Assembly (NCBI GenBank): GCA_027923505.1
Contig: BROI01000010.1
Location: forward strand, 186,001 to 250,000
Reading direction: 5' to 3'
DNA from: Mayamaea pseudoterrestris
Lineage: Eukaryota
DNA: 64,000 nt
A program made the position numbers and the translations under genes. Of the stretch, positions 1-11,496 are shown one piece after another. Below the pieces are notes generated by a model that saw nothing but the letters and a program-made list of their open reading frames with translations, was not told where the DNA came from and searched no databases. Within the stretch, counting starts at the first letter, position 1. Each line of letters opens with the position of its first letter.

Positions 1-269
1 AGCCCCCTCCTTAGACCACTCTGTAGTGGCTTCTTTCCCCTGGCGAATCCGGTCAGGAACTCAACGCTTCATCCTTGGCTCTTTGGTGTTAAGAATGCCA
101 AGCCTATGGCCGCACGAACGGACAAGCCAGGGAGGATCATTTACAAACTGTGGCTGCCCCACAGAGTGCACTGACGCGAAGATGTAAGCACTGCCGTTCC
201 CCCAGCGGTCTGAATTAAAAGAAGCGGGTCAGAGCCTTCCATATAAATTAGAAAGCTCCGCTTTCCTGC
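1..269. repeat. Split direct repeat B2 (partial)
   Basis: Matches 749-1019; the first ~210 nt are identical and a few mismatches/indels fall in the last ~60 nt. Confidence 0.95.
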
Positions 270-287
270 GGTGGGTGGGTGGGAAAT

Positions 288-530
288 TTAAACAAGTAAA
301 GCCTTTATGCTGCTCCCAAGAGAGATCTCTTTTGGTTCCTGGGTCGACAACGTTCGAGCCTTCCTTGCAACAACTGATCGTTTCTCGTCTCCTTGCAAAT
401 TGGATGGCCTCAATTGCCAATGCCATCAATTTGCTCCAGATTGCAAGTCCGTTGGTAATCGAGTGGTAGCCCTTTCAATCCGTCTGTCCAGTGTTCGTTC
501 CATACCAGCTTGGCTTGTGTGCTTGTCGTG
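288..530. repeat. Split direct repeat A2 (243 bp)
   Basis: Identical by eye to 13783-14025. Confidence 0.97.
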
Positions 531-748
531 GTACTTCAGCTCACTCTGTCTAGACTCCTTGATCGAACTACACTCTCATATCTCTAAAAGACGAAACGAC
601 TCCTCAATAACATATAACAAAGACCACTAGTGCTTTGGCACCTAGTTTGGGGTTAGGGTCACTTCCGGGTCCGCCTCGCATTTGAAGCGCCCAGTAGGAT
701 TCCACCTTGCGAACTCTTCGCCAGAGCCCGGCTGGGATTCCTACTGTG

Positions 749-1019
749 AGCCCCCTCCTTAGACCACTCTGTAGTGGCTTCTTTCCCCTGGCGAATCCGG
801 TCAGGAACTCAACGCTTCATCCTTGGCTCTTTGGTGTTAAGAATGCCAAGCCTATGGCCGCACGAACGGACAAGCCAGGGAGGATCATTTACAAACTGTG
901 GCTGCCCCACAGAGTGCACTGACGCGAAGATGTAAGCACTGCCGTTCCCCCAGCGGTCTGAATGAAAAGAAGCGGGTCAGAGACTTCCAATAATAAAATA
1001 GAAAGCTCCACTTTCCTGC
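749..1019. repeat. Split direct repeat B1 (visible part; probably extends to ~531)
   Basis: Matches 1-269. Confidence 0.93.
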
Positions 1020-1108
1020 CCCCCTCGGTCTCTGCATTCTCCTTTATCCGGTGTCGCTTGTGATCGTGTATGGTTCCCACAGCTTTGCGTTGTCAGTCAA
1101 AGCCGCTG

Positions 1109-2519
1109 CTACAACGACTCCGAATAAATCAAAAGGGTTTCAATGGAGGCGGCGACGTCGGAATAGTGTTCCATCATTCCAACTTTCACCTGCCTACCTT
1201 TCGCCCGTTCCACTTTCCTCCATCTGTTGCTCTGCAAATCACGCTTCCTTGGCTCCGCGTCGTCTGCTTGCGCTGTCGATCCTGCGCAAGTGGATCTTTC
1301 AACAGAGCCAAACTCCGTTACGTCTAACCGCCGAGCTTGTAACTTCAGGACACTGCGCCTGTACTTCCATCTTGGCTTTGAGTCTTGGAAAGTCAGGACA
1401 CATAGATCGCCTTGCCCTGCCGTACTTTCAGGCTCGAACACTGGCCCACGGACGATTCCTCGTTTACTCGCATGATCCGACAAAACGACAGACGCACATG
1501 CAGCCCGAACGAGTCTCCAGTGCCAGCGGCAACAGGTGGCATCGCTCGCCTCGCTCACCCTTCACGCGCCCCTGCAATGCAAGTGTAAAATGGCGGTGTC
1601 GAGGATGTGACAAGCTTTCATCAAGATGAGCCATTGTTCCTTCAAGCTCAATCTTGGGTACTTCTTCTCCTCGCAGTCCACCTGCGAACCCCGCGAGAAG
1701 AAACCCCGCCAGCAGACACACATCAAGCTTCTCACTGACACTCGCTCCTATCCAGTCTCGCTCAAGCAACTCCTGCAGCTTCAACATCATATCGATTGTC
1801 ACCGCTCGATCGGGCTGCACGTTGTCACCCATGCGCTTGTGACACCCTTCCAGAAAGCGCTTGAACCAGTAGGAGTGCGTCGGGCTGTCGCTAAAGTGCT
1901 GTGCTCCTTGCATTCCCGTAATGGTCGTCAGAGTCACACCATCGGGCTTTGTCAATGCCACGTTGGTGAAATGGGTTCGCAAACGCCGCATTGTTCCAAA
2001 CTGGATAGTATCTGAGTTCTTTCCTTCATCCAAGGATCTGTGGAGCAAAGTTACCGCTTGAAACATGCCCCAGGTATCTCGCACTGAATACGGTTGCTTG
2101 TCCGCCTGCTCGGGCTCGCTGATGAATCCAAACGTCTTCATTGCCTTGGCTATATGATTTCGTTCTCGCCAATTTGATTCCACAGTGGATCGTTCTCTCG
2201 ACCAGAATGCATCTAGGATTGCTCGCCGTACTGCGGTAAGCAGTTCTTGATCCTCTCTCCTTTCCACCATGGGTTCACTACTCCTCATATTCCGAAAGTG
2301 ACAAAGATCACACTGAAAAGGGCACAGTAGATGATCCCCGCGCCTAGCCACTTGGAATCTCGCCGCTTCCTTCAACTCCTCGTCCTCAAACCCTCCTTCT
2401 TCGCCTGGAGATCGCTGCCTGGGGTACTGATCCGTGTCACTTGCCTCGTAGCATTGGAAATGCCACAGACCCTTTCAATCCGGCCATTGCTTTCGCTTGT
2501 AGCCAAAATTTGCGCACCT
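1109..2519 (-). pseudogene. Tyrosine recombinase of the YR element (disrupted as assembled)
   Basis: Contains the CPFQCDLCHF motif, box I GGLRGEEV and LQGRVKGE. The C-terminal NRWRKVE...MMEHYSD (catalytic Tyr) is in another frame (1109-1558). There is an in-frame TGA at 2475-2477. Confidence 0.85.
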
Positions 2520-3410
2520 GAGCCCCTCGCTCACCTTCAGCTCCTTCCCACACACCTGACAAATTGCGTTCAGTGTCTCGTGCCAGGTCCATTCGTCGTA
2601 CCTGCCATGGACTTGCCGGAAGCAAAGGGCAAACAAGGGCTAGTGTTAGCGATTCAAACATCTCCTCTCTCCAGAAGCTCGCTCCGATGGGAATGGTAAA
2701 CATCACATCGCTCGCTTTCCGCATCTGCCTCCTCCACCGACTCGTCATTAAGCTCGGCACCACAATGCAATGGAATACGTGTGGCCTGGCGTGCCAAGCC
2801 TCGCACAGTTGCTCCAGAGCTACATCACTCAAGGCGGGAGCTGGGAACCAGAACATGGGGCGCGTCTCTGTGTGAGCGCAGTCGAACCAATCCGCTTCCT
2901 TGAGGAACAACGCGTTCCTTGGACACCAGCTGCGGATCCACCTTTCAAGCTCGGGAGAGCGTTCCAAAGGAGACAAGTGTATCGGAACGAAATCCAGCAT
3001 CGACTCGCCCACAAGGACTCCGTTAGCTAAATCTCCCCGCGAGAGACCATCTGTCCCTTGAGCAATCATTCGCTTGCCGGAGCACCAAATAACGTGAAGA
3101 AAGATCTTGCCAATCATCTCGAGTGTTCGCAAGCGCAGGACCAGTTCAAAGAGCACTTTGGCTTTGCTTGTACCCTTGTAGAAGGCACGCTCAGTCACGA
3201 AGTTGTCCGTGAAAAGGAAGAACTCTGTTCCGGGCTGAATGGTTCCATTGGAGAGCCCCGACTCGATCCTCACCACAAAGTTGTTCAACTCTCGAAAGTT
3301 AGATGACTCGTTGCTCACGCGCTCTTCCCACACACCGTAGACGTATTGGATTACTTCATAGTCTCCCTTGTTGTCTGCTTCAGAGATCCCAAAGCCGCTC
3401 CCGGATGCAA
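2437..3410 (-). CDS. DIRS-type RNase H and C-terminal region of ORF2 (frameshifted from RT)
   Basis: Motifs ASGSGFG, SSNFREL, FLFTDN and HVIWCSGKRMIAQGTDGLSRG. Confidence 0.8.
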
Positions 3411-3499
3411 CTCTGGCGCTCTGGCTGGGGCGGACGCTCGCTAGCGGTGGAGTCGCATGGTTCGTTCAAGCAAGGCTTCCACATCTTCCGCCAGCCTAG

Positions 3500-4473
3500 C
3501 TACCACTCGCACCGAGGAGCGCCGTCGTCCTCGCCCGCAGGAGCTTCCGCGGCCTCCTGCTGCTCTTCCACTCGCTTGCTTCCTCCGTGCCGCCAGCCCT
3601 CTTCATCTCGGTTTCCCCGCCAACTGTCAAGCGTGAGGTGGATGCCTTTGAGGTAAGGTACCAAGGATCGGTAGGTTTGTCCCACGTAAACCAAAAAGCC
3701 GCGGATGCGCTCCAATTGCTTGAACTCAATCGCCTTGGGATCCTGGCTTAGCTGCTCCTCGATCCACGCGATCGCCGCTCTCGTCTTGCCCCATCTCTCC
3801 ACTGACACCGACACAAAGACTCCTTCCTCTGTGGTTGAAACCACAGATCCCGACCATGCGCCAGGTGTTTGACTCGGCGGCCTTCTCTTGCGCGCTGCAT
3901 CTTGTAGGCCATACCAGGAGGCCAGCTTTGCGATCCTACTGCCGCCCTGCCAAGCAAGCTCTTCCGTTGGTGCTGTCGTTCGTGAGTCATCAACAAACAA
4001 GTGCATATCTACTGCCACTCGACCATCCTTTCGGCGCTTGGAGATCCATGGTTGCGCGGGGTCATAGGCGAGCATCCCCGGGACGTTCAGCTCAACACTG
4101 ACCCAGTGGAAAGCGTTGGAGTCCGCGGACGCTTCCGCGGATCCTCGCCCCAGTACCAACCCCTTGAATTGCAGTGCTCCTTGGACGGCTTGATAGGGTG
4201 AAGGCCCCAGTCCCATAGTGGGTCGCGTGAAATGCTCCCATATCCGCCCTCCCCTGATGCTTCGCTCATCTGGACAAAGGCCAGTCAGGTCGATCCCAGT
4301 GTAGGGCCGGAGCTCTTCGTGCAGCCAAAAGTTGTAGAACATCTCGCCAAAATCATTGTCCGCGCAATAGTATTGCGGTGCAACTGTTCGTACCATCTGA
4401 CTGACAGTGGGGAGCGCAAACCATGGAGCAAACAAAACCTCGTTCAATCCACTCGCTGTCGCATCGAAAACCA
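3500..4473 (-). CDS. Reverse transcriptase core of the YR element, part downstream of the copia insertion
   Basis: Motifs VFDATASGLN, DNDFGEMFYNF, MGLGPSPY, FVDD and YLKGIHLTLDSWR. Confidence 0.88.
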
Positions 4474-4868
4474 TGACAAGTCGCAGAGCGGCGAAGTCAA
4501 GAGCCCGAACCCTAATTAGCTTGTGTCGAGTCCGCAGCTGTCGTATGTGACATGTGAATGAAGAAAGTGCGCAACCGTCGTGTGGATGCGTTGTATGAAT
4601 GGAACGACCAGTTACGACTGATGTAATGTGATTGAAAGAAACGGATTGATCGGATGATCTTCCGAGTGGTCGATGTAGCGATGTAGCGATAAGCTCACAA
4701 TATAGAACTACTAGTTTGCGACGAGAGTGCAGTCGTATTCGTGTAGTGGCGAGCGCAAGACTATTCGACGAGCCATCTCCATCAAGAGCTGTACAGACCG
4801 TGGCCAAGGACCCTGTATCGGAGCTTTTTGGAGGTAAGACGTTGACTGCGAAATCGTCAACGGTGTTA
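4474..4868 (+). repeat. 5' LTR (395 bp)
   Basis: TGACA...TGTTA; differs from the 3' LTR by 2 substitutions and an 8-bp tandem duplication (cgatgtag). Confidence 0.95.
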
Positions 4869-4965
4869 GATTAACATTTCAGTGCTTTGAGAGCGAGAAC
4901 GAGCGAGGGAGCTATCGTGACACATTCGTCTGCAGCGAGTCCGATTCCTCTGATCAACCTCCACC

Positions 4966-6600
4966 ATGACGACGATTGATGTAACGACCTACAAGCGTGC
5001 CGTCGGTAAAGTCTTCGATATTCCGTGGCTCGCAGCGTCCGCAGCTTGGGACCCAAACGACCCTACCGCAGTATGCTTCGAATCTGAGGAACTCACGACT
5101 GCGGAGGCGATGGCCGAGTTGTCGGAACAAGACGTGACGAACATTAAGAACCAGTACCAGTGGTCGACGATACGAACAAGCCGATTGCGCAAGCTCATGA
5201 GTTGGATTCACGAGCAACGTCGGACGACTGCGCTGGAAGACTTGGAGAAAGACCAGATTACGAGCCGAGACCTCCCAGTAGCACCGGGGTCACCAACCGC
5301 AGGCAACCGCAGTTTTGGAGACTTCAGCGTTATTGGAGGCAACGACACCACGACGAAGCGACACGACATCAAGCTGGATCTGAAGACCATGCTGGAGCTC
5401 AAGAACGATCGCAAGTTCTGCTCCTACTGGCGGGCCTTCAAGAACCGCATGCGAAGCGAGCGACTTGTGCACTTTTGGGACGGCGGAGTTCAAGGCACCA
5501 GCTGCACTCGAGCCAGAATTCGCCGAGTATCAGTATCAGTGTTCGAAGCTTGCAGCGGCTCGAGTATACCTGCAAGACTCCATGAGCAAGCTCATTGTCC
5601 ATCAAGCACTCGACAGCGCGAATGCCTCAGCGTGCATTGCAGAGTTGGAGGCTGACATTCCTCGATGGGATGGCGCGCAAGTTGGATCACGTACGGCGAA
5701 GACGAAGCGTAAACAATTCACCCTCGACGCGGGTTCACGTAGTCTCCCGTCAATTGGCTTATCCAGTGGTCCAGCAAGGAAGAGAACTTACAATGACCAC
5801 GCGAGGAAACCGAGCTGGCCCCAGCAAGCACGGCGTCAGATTTTGGAACGCGCGGTTTTCCGCCACCATGCCGGATATGGCGCGGCGGTGAACATGGCGC
5901 TGATCGAAGAGTCCAAGACCGGCAACCCGATGGTGCACACCCAGTTTTGGAACTCCTGAACGACGACGTCACGCCTCAATCTGACAATCGTCGTGGCATC
6001 AAGGAGACCGGAAGCGTCAGGGAAGGCTACCAATCTGAGCAGACCAAGAAAGAGAAGGAGAAGACGAAGAAGGCAAGTGCGAACACTTTTCCCAGTCTAC
6101 GTAAGTAGCAGCAACAATCAGCAGTCCAATCAGGGGTGGTGGTCATGGGCGACTTGAGACGGCGAGGGGCGGCGGCTGGCCGCGGTGGGAGAATACTTTC
6201 GTTCGTATGTTCGCAGCTATGCCGACACGAAGACGATGTTCCCAGCACGTAGAATGCGACGACATTCCATCAAACACGTGGCGACTCCTTACCCGCGACC
6301 AGCAACGCCATGAAGTGTTTGAACGCCGTGGTACGAGTCTAGCGGCCAGTGCTGCAGGTGGTTTGGCATCAGCAACACAGGCAGGCACCACGCAGTGACG
6401 ACGGAGTACAACACGCAACGCTAACGTCGCAGCGATACTTCATCAGCGGAAACGCACGGCGCGAGTGCGGCGACGAACGTGTGAACAACACTAGCCGTGG
6501 CTCAGCGATCCGGAAGTTCAGGTCCCAGACCAGCCCGACTACGACTTCGGGAGCGAATATCGCTCAGAGTCGCAAGTACAAAGTCGCGAGCATTGACTTG
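4966..6600 (+). pseudogene. copia gag, frameshifted
   Basis: Chain of partial ORFs (4966-5655, 5465-5959, 6207-6398, 6349-6609) at the gag position after the 5' LTR. Confidence 0.65.
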
Positions 6601-6619
6601 GATTCATGATTCGCCGTCG

Positions 6620-6990
6620 TCACACAGCCGTACTACCAGAATCAAAACCCAGCCGAGCGCATCATCGGGCGCGTAAAGGAAAGTCATGAACGACTTATGG
6701 ACCGAACGGGCACTCCGGCATGCTTCTGGCTACGCGCTTTACTCTTTCAGACCGAGATGTACCGTCATTTGTCGCATCCTGCCTTGAACGGCAAGTCTCC
6801 CCATCGAGTTTATCACTGGGCAAGTCCCGACGCCGGTATTTGCATTTTCGTTGGTTTGAAATTGTCAACTACTTTGTCAAGGATGTCGAGGCCCGAAGAC
6901 CCGCCAGCGCCGGCGTACTGGCTTGGTCCCAACACGACGTCGGAGACGACCTGACGTACTTCATCTGCGATTGCGAGACACCGAGATCAT
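6620..6990 (+). pseudogene. copia integrase core C-terminal fragment
   Basis: Motifs QPYYQNQNPAER, LMDRTGTPACFW, LNGKSP and YWLGP...VGDDLTYFI across shifting frames. Confidence 0.75.
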
Positions 6991-7271
6991 GACGCGATTG
7001 GTTTTCTTACCCGAAAACGACCCAAAATTTTGAACCTTCGGCGTACCGGCACCTGCTTCCCCAGTCATGAAAGAAGGGAGCCGCGTCTCTACACCGTACC
7101 TGGTCTAGGTGGCGAGATCCTTATGCCGGGAAATGATCAAGAAGAGTTACAGCCCGACAGCAGAGACGATGATTCTTTCATTCCTGGCGAAGACGATACC
7201 CCTTTGGTCGAGACGGTGGAATACCCGGAAGACAACGATATGACGACGGGAGGAAGATCCGAATCCTGCCG

Positions 7272-9640
7272 ATGACGACGACGAAGCGAAGAAGAAGAAC
7301 ATCAATCCGTGGCGCAAACTCCCGATATGCACCCGATGAACTTATCGGCAAGTCGTTTCTCATGAAGGGGACTGACGGGCAAGAAGTTCGAGCGACCGTC
7401 ATGAGCAAGCTAAACAACCACGACGCCCAGAACCATCAGAACATTAAAATGATGCTGAAGCTTGGTAACGGCGAAGCGGACGAAGTCATGTCGTATGTCG
7501 AGGTTTCCGATCTCTACGAGGCCGAAGTGAACCAAGACATGGCGAATCCTGAGCGTAAATGGTTCTTCAAGGAGATTCTAGACCATCAGGGTCCGCTGAC
7601 GAGCAAGTCGAAGAACTGGAAGCATTCCAAGTGGAACGTCCTTGTACAATGGGACGATGGATCCAAGACTTGGGAGCCTCTCAACGCGATGATCGAAAGC
7701 GACAAAGTATCAGTGGCAGCCTACGCGCAAAAGCATAATCTTCTCGACAAGGACGGATGGACATCGTTGAATCGATGGGCCCGGAACGCCAAGAAGGTTG
7801 CGCGCAAGGTGGCGACCGCCCGAATGGAGCAGCAGAAGAACGGACCGCGCTACAAGTTTGGAGTCCAAGTACCCCGAGATTGGAAGGAAGCGCGGCGTTT
7901 GCAGGAAGCTGCAGGGCACACGAAGTGGACGGATGCGGAAGGCGTGGAGCTTGCGAACCTGGACGAGTACGAGACGTTTCAAGATCTTGGTCCGAGTTCC
8001 ACCACAACACCACCAACTGGTTACCAAAAGATCCGAGTCCATTTTGTGTACGATGTCAAGCACGATTTGCGATACAAGGCACGTCTCGTTGCAGGCGGCC
8101 ACATGACGAAAGACAACAACGATGCCTACTCCAGTGTTATCTCATTGAAGGCAATGCGTCTAGCTCTCGTCATTGGAGAAGCGAACGGCAAGAAGTGCAT
8201 GGTCGGTGACATTGGGAATGCTTATCTCGAAGCGTTCACCAAGGAGAAGGTATACTTCGTTGGAGGCCCCGAGTTCGGGGAGCGCGAAGGACATATACTG
8301 GTCATCGTCAAGGCTTTGTACGGATTGCGAACGAGCGGAGCACGATTTCACGAACGCTTAGCCGACGCCCTACTTGCGGAAGGGTGGAAGCCGTCCTATT
8401 GCGATTCCGATCTGTGGATCAAGGACGCCGGCGACAGCTACGACTACCTCTGTGTATGGGTCGACGATCTGTTAAATATTTCAGACGATCCAGCAGCGTT
8501 CTTCAAGATGCTAGAGGAGAAGTACAAGTTTAAGCTTAAAGGTGTTGGACATCCCGAGTATCATCTCGGCGGTGACTTTGGACGAGACCCTGACGGAACT
8601 CTTTACTGGTCGGCCAAGACCTACGTTGCGAAACTCTTGGCGCAGTACGAGCGTTTGTTTGAAGGTCCTCCGAAGAAGTACTCATCACCAATCGACAAAG
8701 ACGATCATCCAGAACTTGACCAAAGCGAGCTACTGAACGACCAAGAGAAGAAGATTTACCAGTCTCTAGTCGGAGCACTTCAGTGGGCAATTACTTTGGG
8801 TCGATTTGACATTGCCGTAGCAGTTGTGAGTCTGTCGCGATTCCGTGTGGAGCCGCGCAAGGGACACCTGCAGCGGGTGAAGCGAGTCTGTGGATATTTG
8901 CGAGAATTACCGGACGCAGCAATCCGTTTCCGTACGAAGTGGCCAGCCAACGAGGAGCACTTCGGCACCATGGAGGAACAAGATTGGGAGCGCAGCGTTT
9001 TGGGAAGGACGGAGTTGATGAGATGTTGGACGTCTACCCACCGCCAAAGGGTGTGACTGTACGAACATCAACTTTCGAGGATGCGTGTCTCATGCATTGC
9101 ATGGTGACAGGCAAGTCATTGGAAGGAGTTTTGTCATTTGTCAACCAGACGCCTGTCGACTGGCATTGCAAACTCCAGGCTACAGTCGAGACTGCGACCT
9201 TCGGATCGGAATTCGGCGTAGCAAAGAGTGGAACAGATATCAGCATTTCTCTACGCGCGTCGCTCATGGCTATGGGCGTACCATTGGAGAGGTCTGCCTG
9301 GATGTACGGAGACAACCAAGCAGTGATTACACAATCTACAATCCCGAGTTCGACATTGTCCAAGCGACACAATGCGTTGGCCTACCATCGTGTTCGTTGG
9401 GCAGTTGCTGCGGGAATTATCAAGTTTGTGAAGATTGACGGAAAGGAGAACATTGCAGACGTACTGACGAAGTACCTGCCGTACTGTGATGCGATGCCAT
9501 TGCTCAAGCCAGTATTGTTTTGGCGCGGCGATACATCGTATGCGATTGTGAAGGACAAGAATGCGGCTACGACGAGCAGCGTACCCGAGGGGAGTGACAA
9601 GTCGCAGAGCGGCAAAGTCAAGAGCCCGAACCCTAATTAG
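7272..9640 (+). CDS. copia pol: chromo-like segment, RT (RVT_2) and RNase H; one frameshift near 9000
   Basis: Motifs YKARLVAGGH, DIGNAYL, KALYGLRTSG and WVDD. The RNase H motifs TVETATFGSEF, GDNQAV and ENIADVLTK are in frame 8939-9640, and the stop lies inside the 3' LTR. Confidence 0.92.
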
Positions 9641-9981
9641 CTTGTGTCAAGTCCGCAGCTGTCGTATGTGACATGTGAATGAAGAAAGTGCGCAACCGTC
9701 GTGTGGATGCGTTGTATGAATGGAACGACCAGTTACGACTGATGTAATGTGATTGAAAGAAACGGATTGATCGGATGATCTTCCGAGTGGTCGATGTAGC
9801 GATAAGCTCACAATATAGAACTACTAGTTTGCGACGAGAGTGCAGTCGTATTCGTGTAGTGGCGAGCGCAAGACTATTCGACGAGCCATCTCCATCAAGA
9901 GCTGTACAGACCGTGGCCAAGGACCCTGTATCGGAGCTTTTTGGAGGTAAGACGTTGACTGCGAAATCGTCAACGGTGTTA
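9595..9981 (+). repeat. 3' LTR (387 bp)
   Basis: Matches 4474-4868 and is directly preceded by the PPT. Confidence 0.95.
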
Positions 9982-11496
9982 AACCAATCGGATGTCGGAC
10001 TCTCCTTTAGAAACGGGAAACATGTTGATCAACGAGCGCACTTCTCCCACCGCGATGTACTTTCTGGCCCGGAGCTTGTTCACTTTGGCGACAACCAGGG
10101 CCAACTCCTCCGCATCCTTTGGTACTCGCTGAGGTTTCTTGTTGGCTGGTGGTTTATCGATAAACCTCGGCGGCAGGCCATCACGGATCGTCTTCTGAAA
10201 GGCTGCCGGCCAGCGCCAGAAGAAAGGAGCGGACCCGCCTTTCCACTCCCACCAATCGGATTTGAGAGCGTGTCCAATGGCGGCTAATCCTGCCGAGATT
10301 GCTTGGCGAGGAACGAAGCGGCCCGCTGTCCGCTCGACGCACACCCACCTCCAGAAGCTTCGTGACAGATTTCGCACCCATCGCGCGTGCAGTCTCCCTC
10401 TGAATCGCTCCAACACCTGGTCTATTCGCTTTACCTCCTCCTCGCTCGCTCCCTTGTCTAGCAAGTGCAGTCGCTCATTCCAAAGCCAGCGTGGCACTTC
10501 CGCGTCGTCCGCCTTCGTCGCTTTGGCGTCTCGACCCGCGTTCTCCTCATGCTTGGACTTCAACCCGGGCTGCGAGTCGCCTGCTTGCTCTTTAATGACG
10601 CTTCTCGCAGGCTCGCCAGTCGCCAACGCATCGCTGAAGTCAGTCAAGACGCTGAGCGCGTGCACTCGAATCTTGAAGGGCAATCGCACTTCCTCCACAA
10701 GGCGCTCAACCAGCCGAGGGGGACACGACTTCGTGATGGTCGCAGGCAAGTCCCACACCAGATTTACCTCCTTTGAACTGAGTTTTCTTCGGACGAAGCC
10801 TGTGCGAGAGAATACCGATGGTACCACGTAGCGGTCTCCCAGTTGGCGAAGGTCTACCAATACGTCTTCCGCGTTCGTTGGAGGGGAGCAGGGCACGCCG
10901 TTTGCCGTCTTGTCAATAATGGAAGCCAAGTACATGCGCACACCAACCTCCTGAGGAAGTTTGGCAAGTGGGGCGTCGCTCCTTGTCGCCAAGTGGACGA
11001 CGAACTCGCCGTTGGTGACGCCTCCCAACTCGGAGTGCCTAATAAGATGACTCGTCCTAATCCAACCTAGGGGTACATTGCCACGAGAGTAGGAACCAAA
11101 CCAGATAACTAATTCCACTCCCGGGAGCTTCCATACCGCATGCGAAGCTCCAGGTCTTATGTTATCAAAGCACACGACATCCGCCTCCTGCTGTCTCGCT
11201 AGCCAATCCTCCAGGCGCTCTGCTCTATCCCACCACTTCACCTGCGCCAGCTCCATTCCTCCAAACGCGTCCTCGCGCCCACCTTCAACTCCTGCTATCC
11301 ACACCACCTCCGCTCCGCCTGAGCCGGCCACCCATCCCCAGAAAGGAAAAGTCTTGCAAACTATTCCCATTCGCCGCCGACCTCTTGCTAGTCGGCGCGT
11401 TACGCCTTCCACATACTCCGCCACACCTTGTCGCGCCTCGACTCCCTTCCGCCGCCGCCCCTCGCCAGAGCGGGAGGCAACCGACGGCTCGCGCCG
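9982..11496 (-). CDS. YR element ORF2 5' part (methyltransferase-like region plus RT N-terminus), interrupted by copia
   Basis: Open from the ORF1 stop to the insertion. Contains KATKADDAEVP, WWEWKGGSAPFFWRWP and FPVSKGESDIRLV, and rejoins FDATASGLN in frame when the copia and one TSD copy are removed. Confidence 0.88.

Larger units (their letters stand above)
4474..9981 (+). mobile_element. Ty1/copia LTR retrotransposon (CoDi-like), internally deleted, nested antisense in the YR element
   Basis: Two near-identical LTRs, AACCA target-site duplication (4469-4473, 9982-9986), PPT GAGGGGAG at 9587-9594, and INT-RT-RNase H order. Confidence 0.95.

Noticed and set aside
270..283. GGTGGGTGGGTGGG possible G-quadruplex between A2 and B2
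   Set aside because: Only three full G3 runs, on the antisense strand, with no supporting evidence.
307..630. ORFs 307..630 and 13802..14035 with identical N-termini
   Set aside because: By-product of the A repeat; antisense to the element with no protein motifs.
646..660. GGGTTAGGG telomere-like sequence
   Set aside because: Only a single unit, no array.
4474..4807. N-terminal 111 aa of the 435-aa ORF 3500..4807, and ORF 9633..9920
   Set aside because: Antisense reading of the copia LTRs; not part of the native RT.
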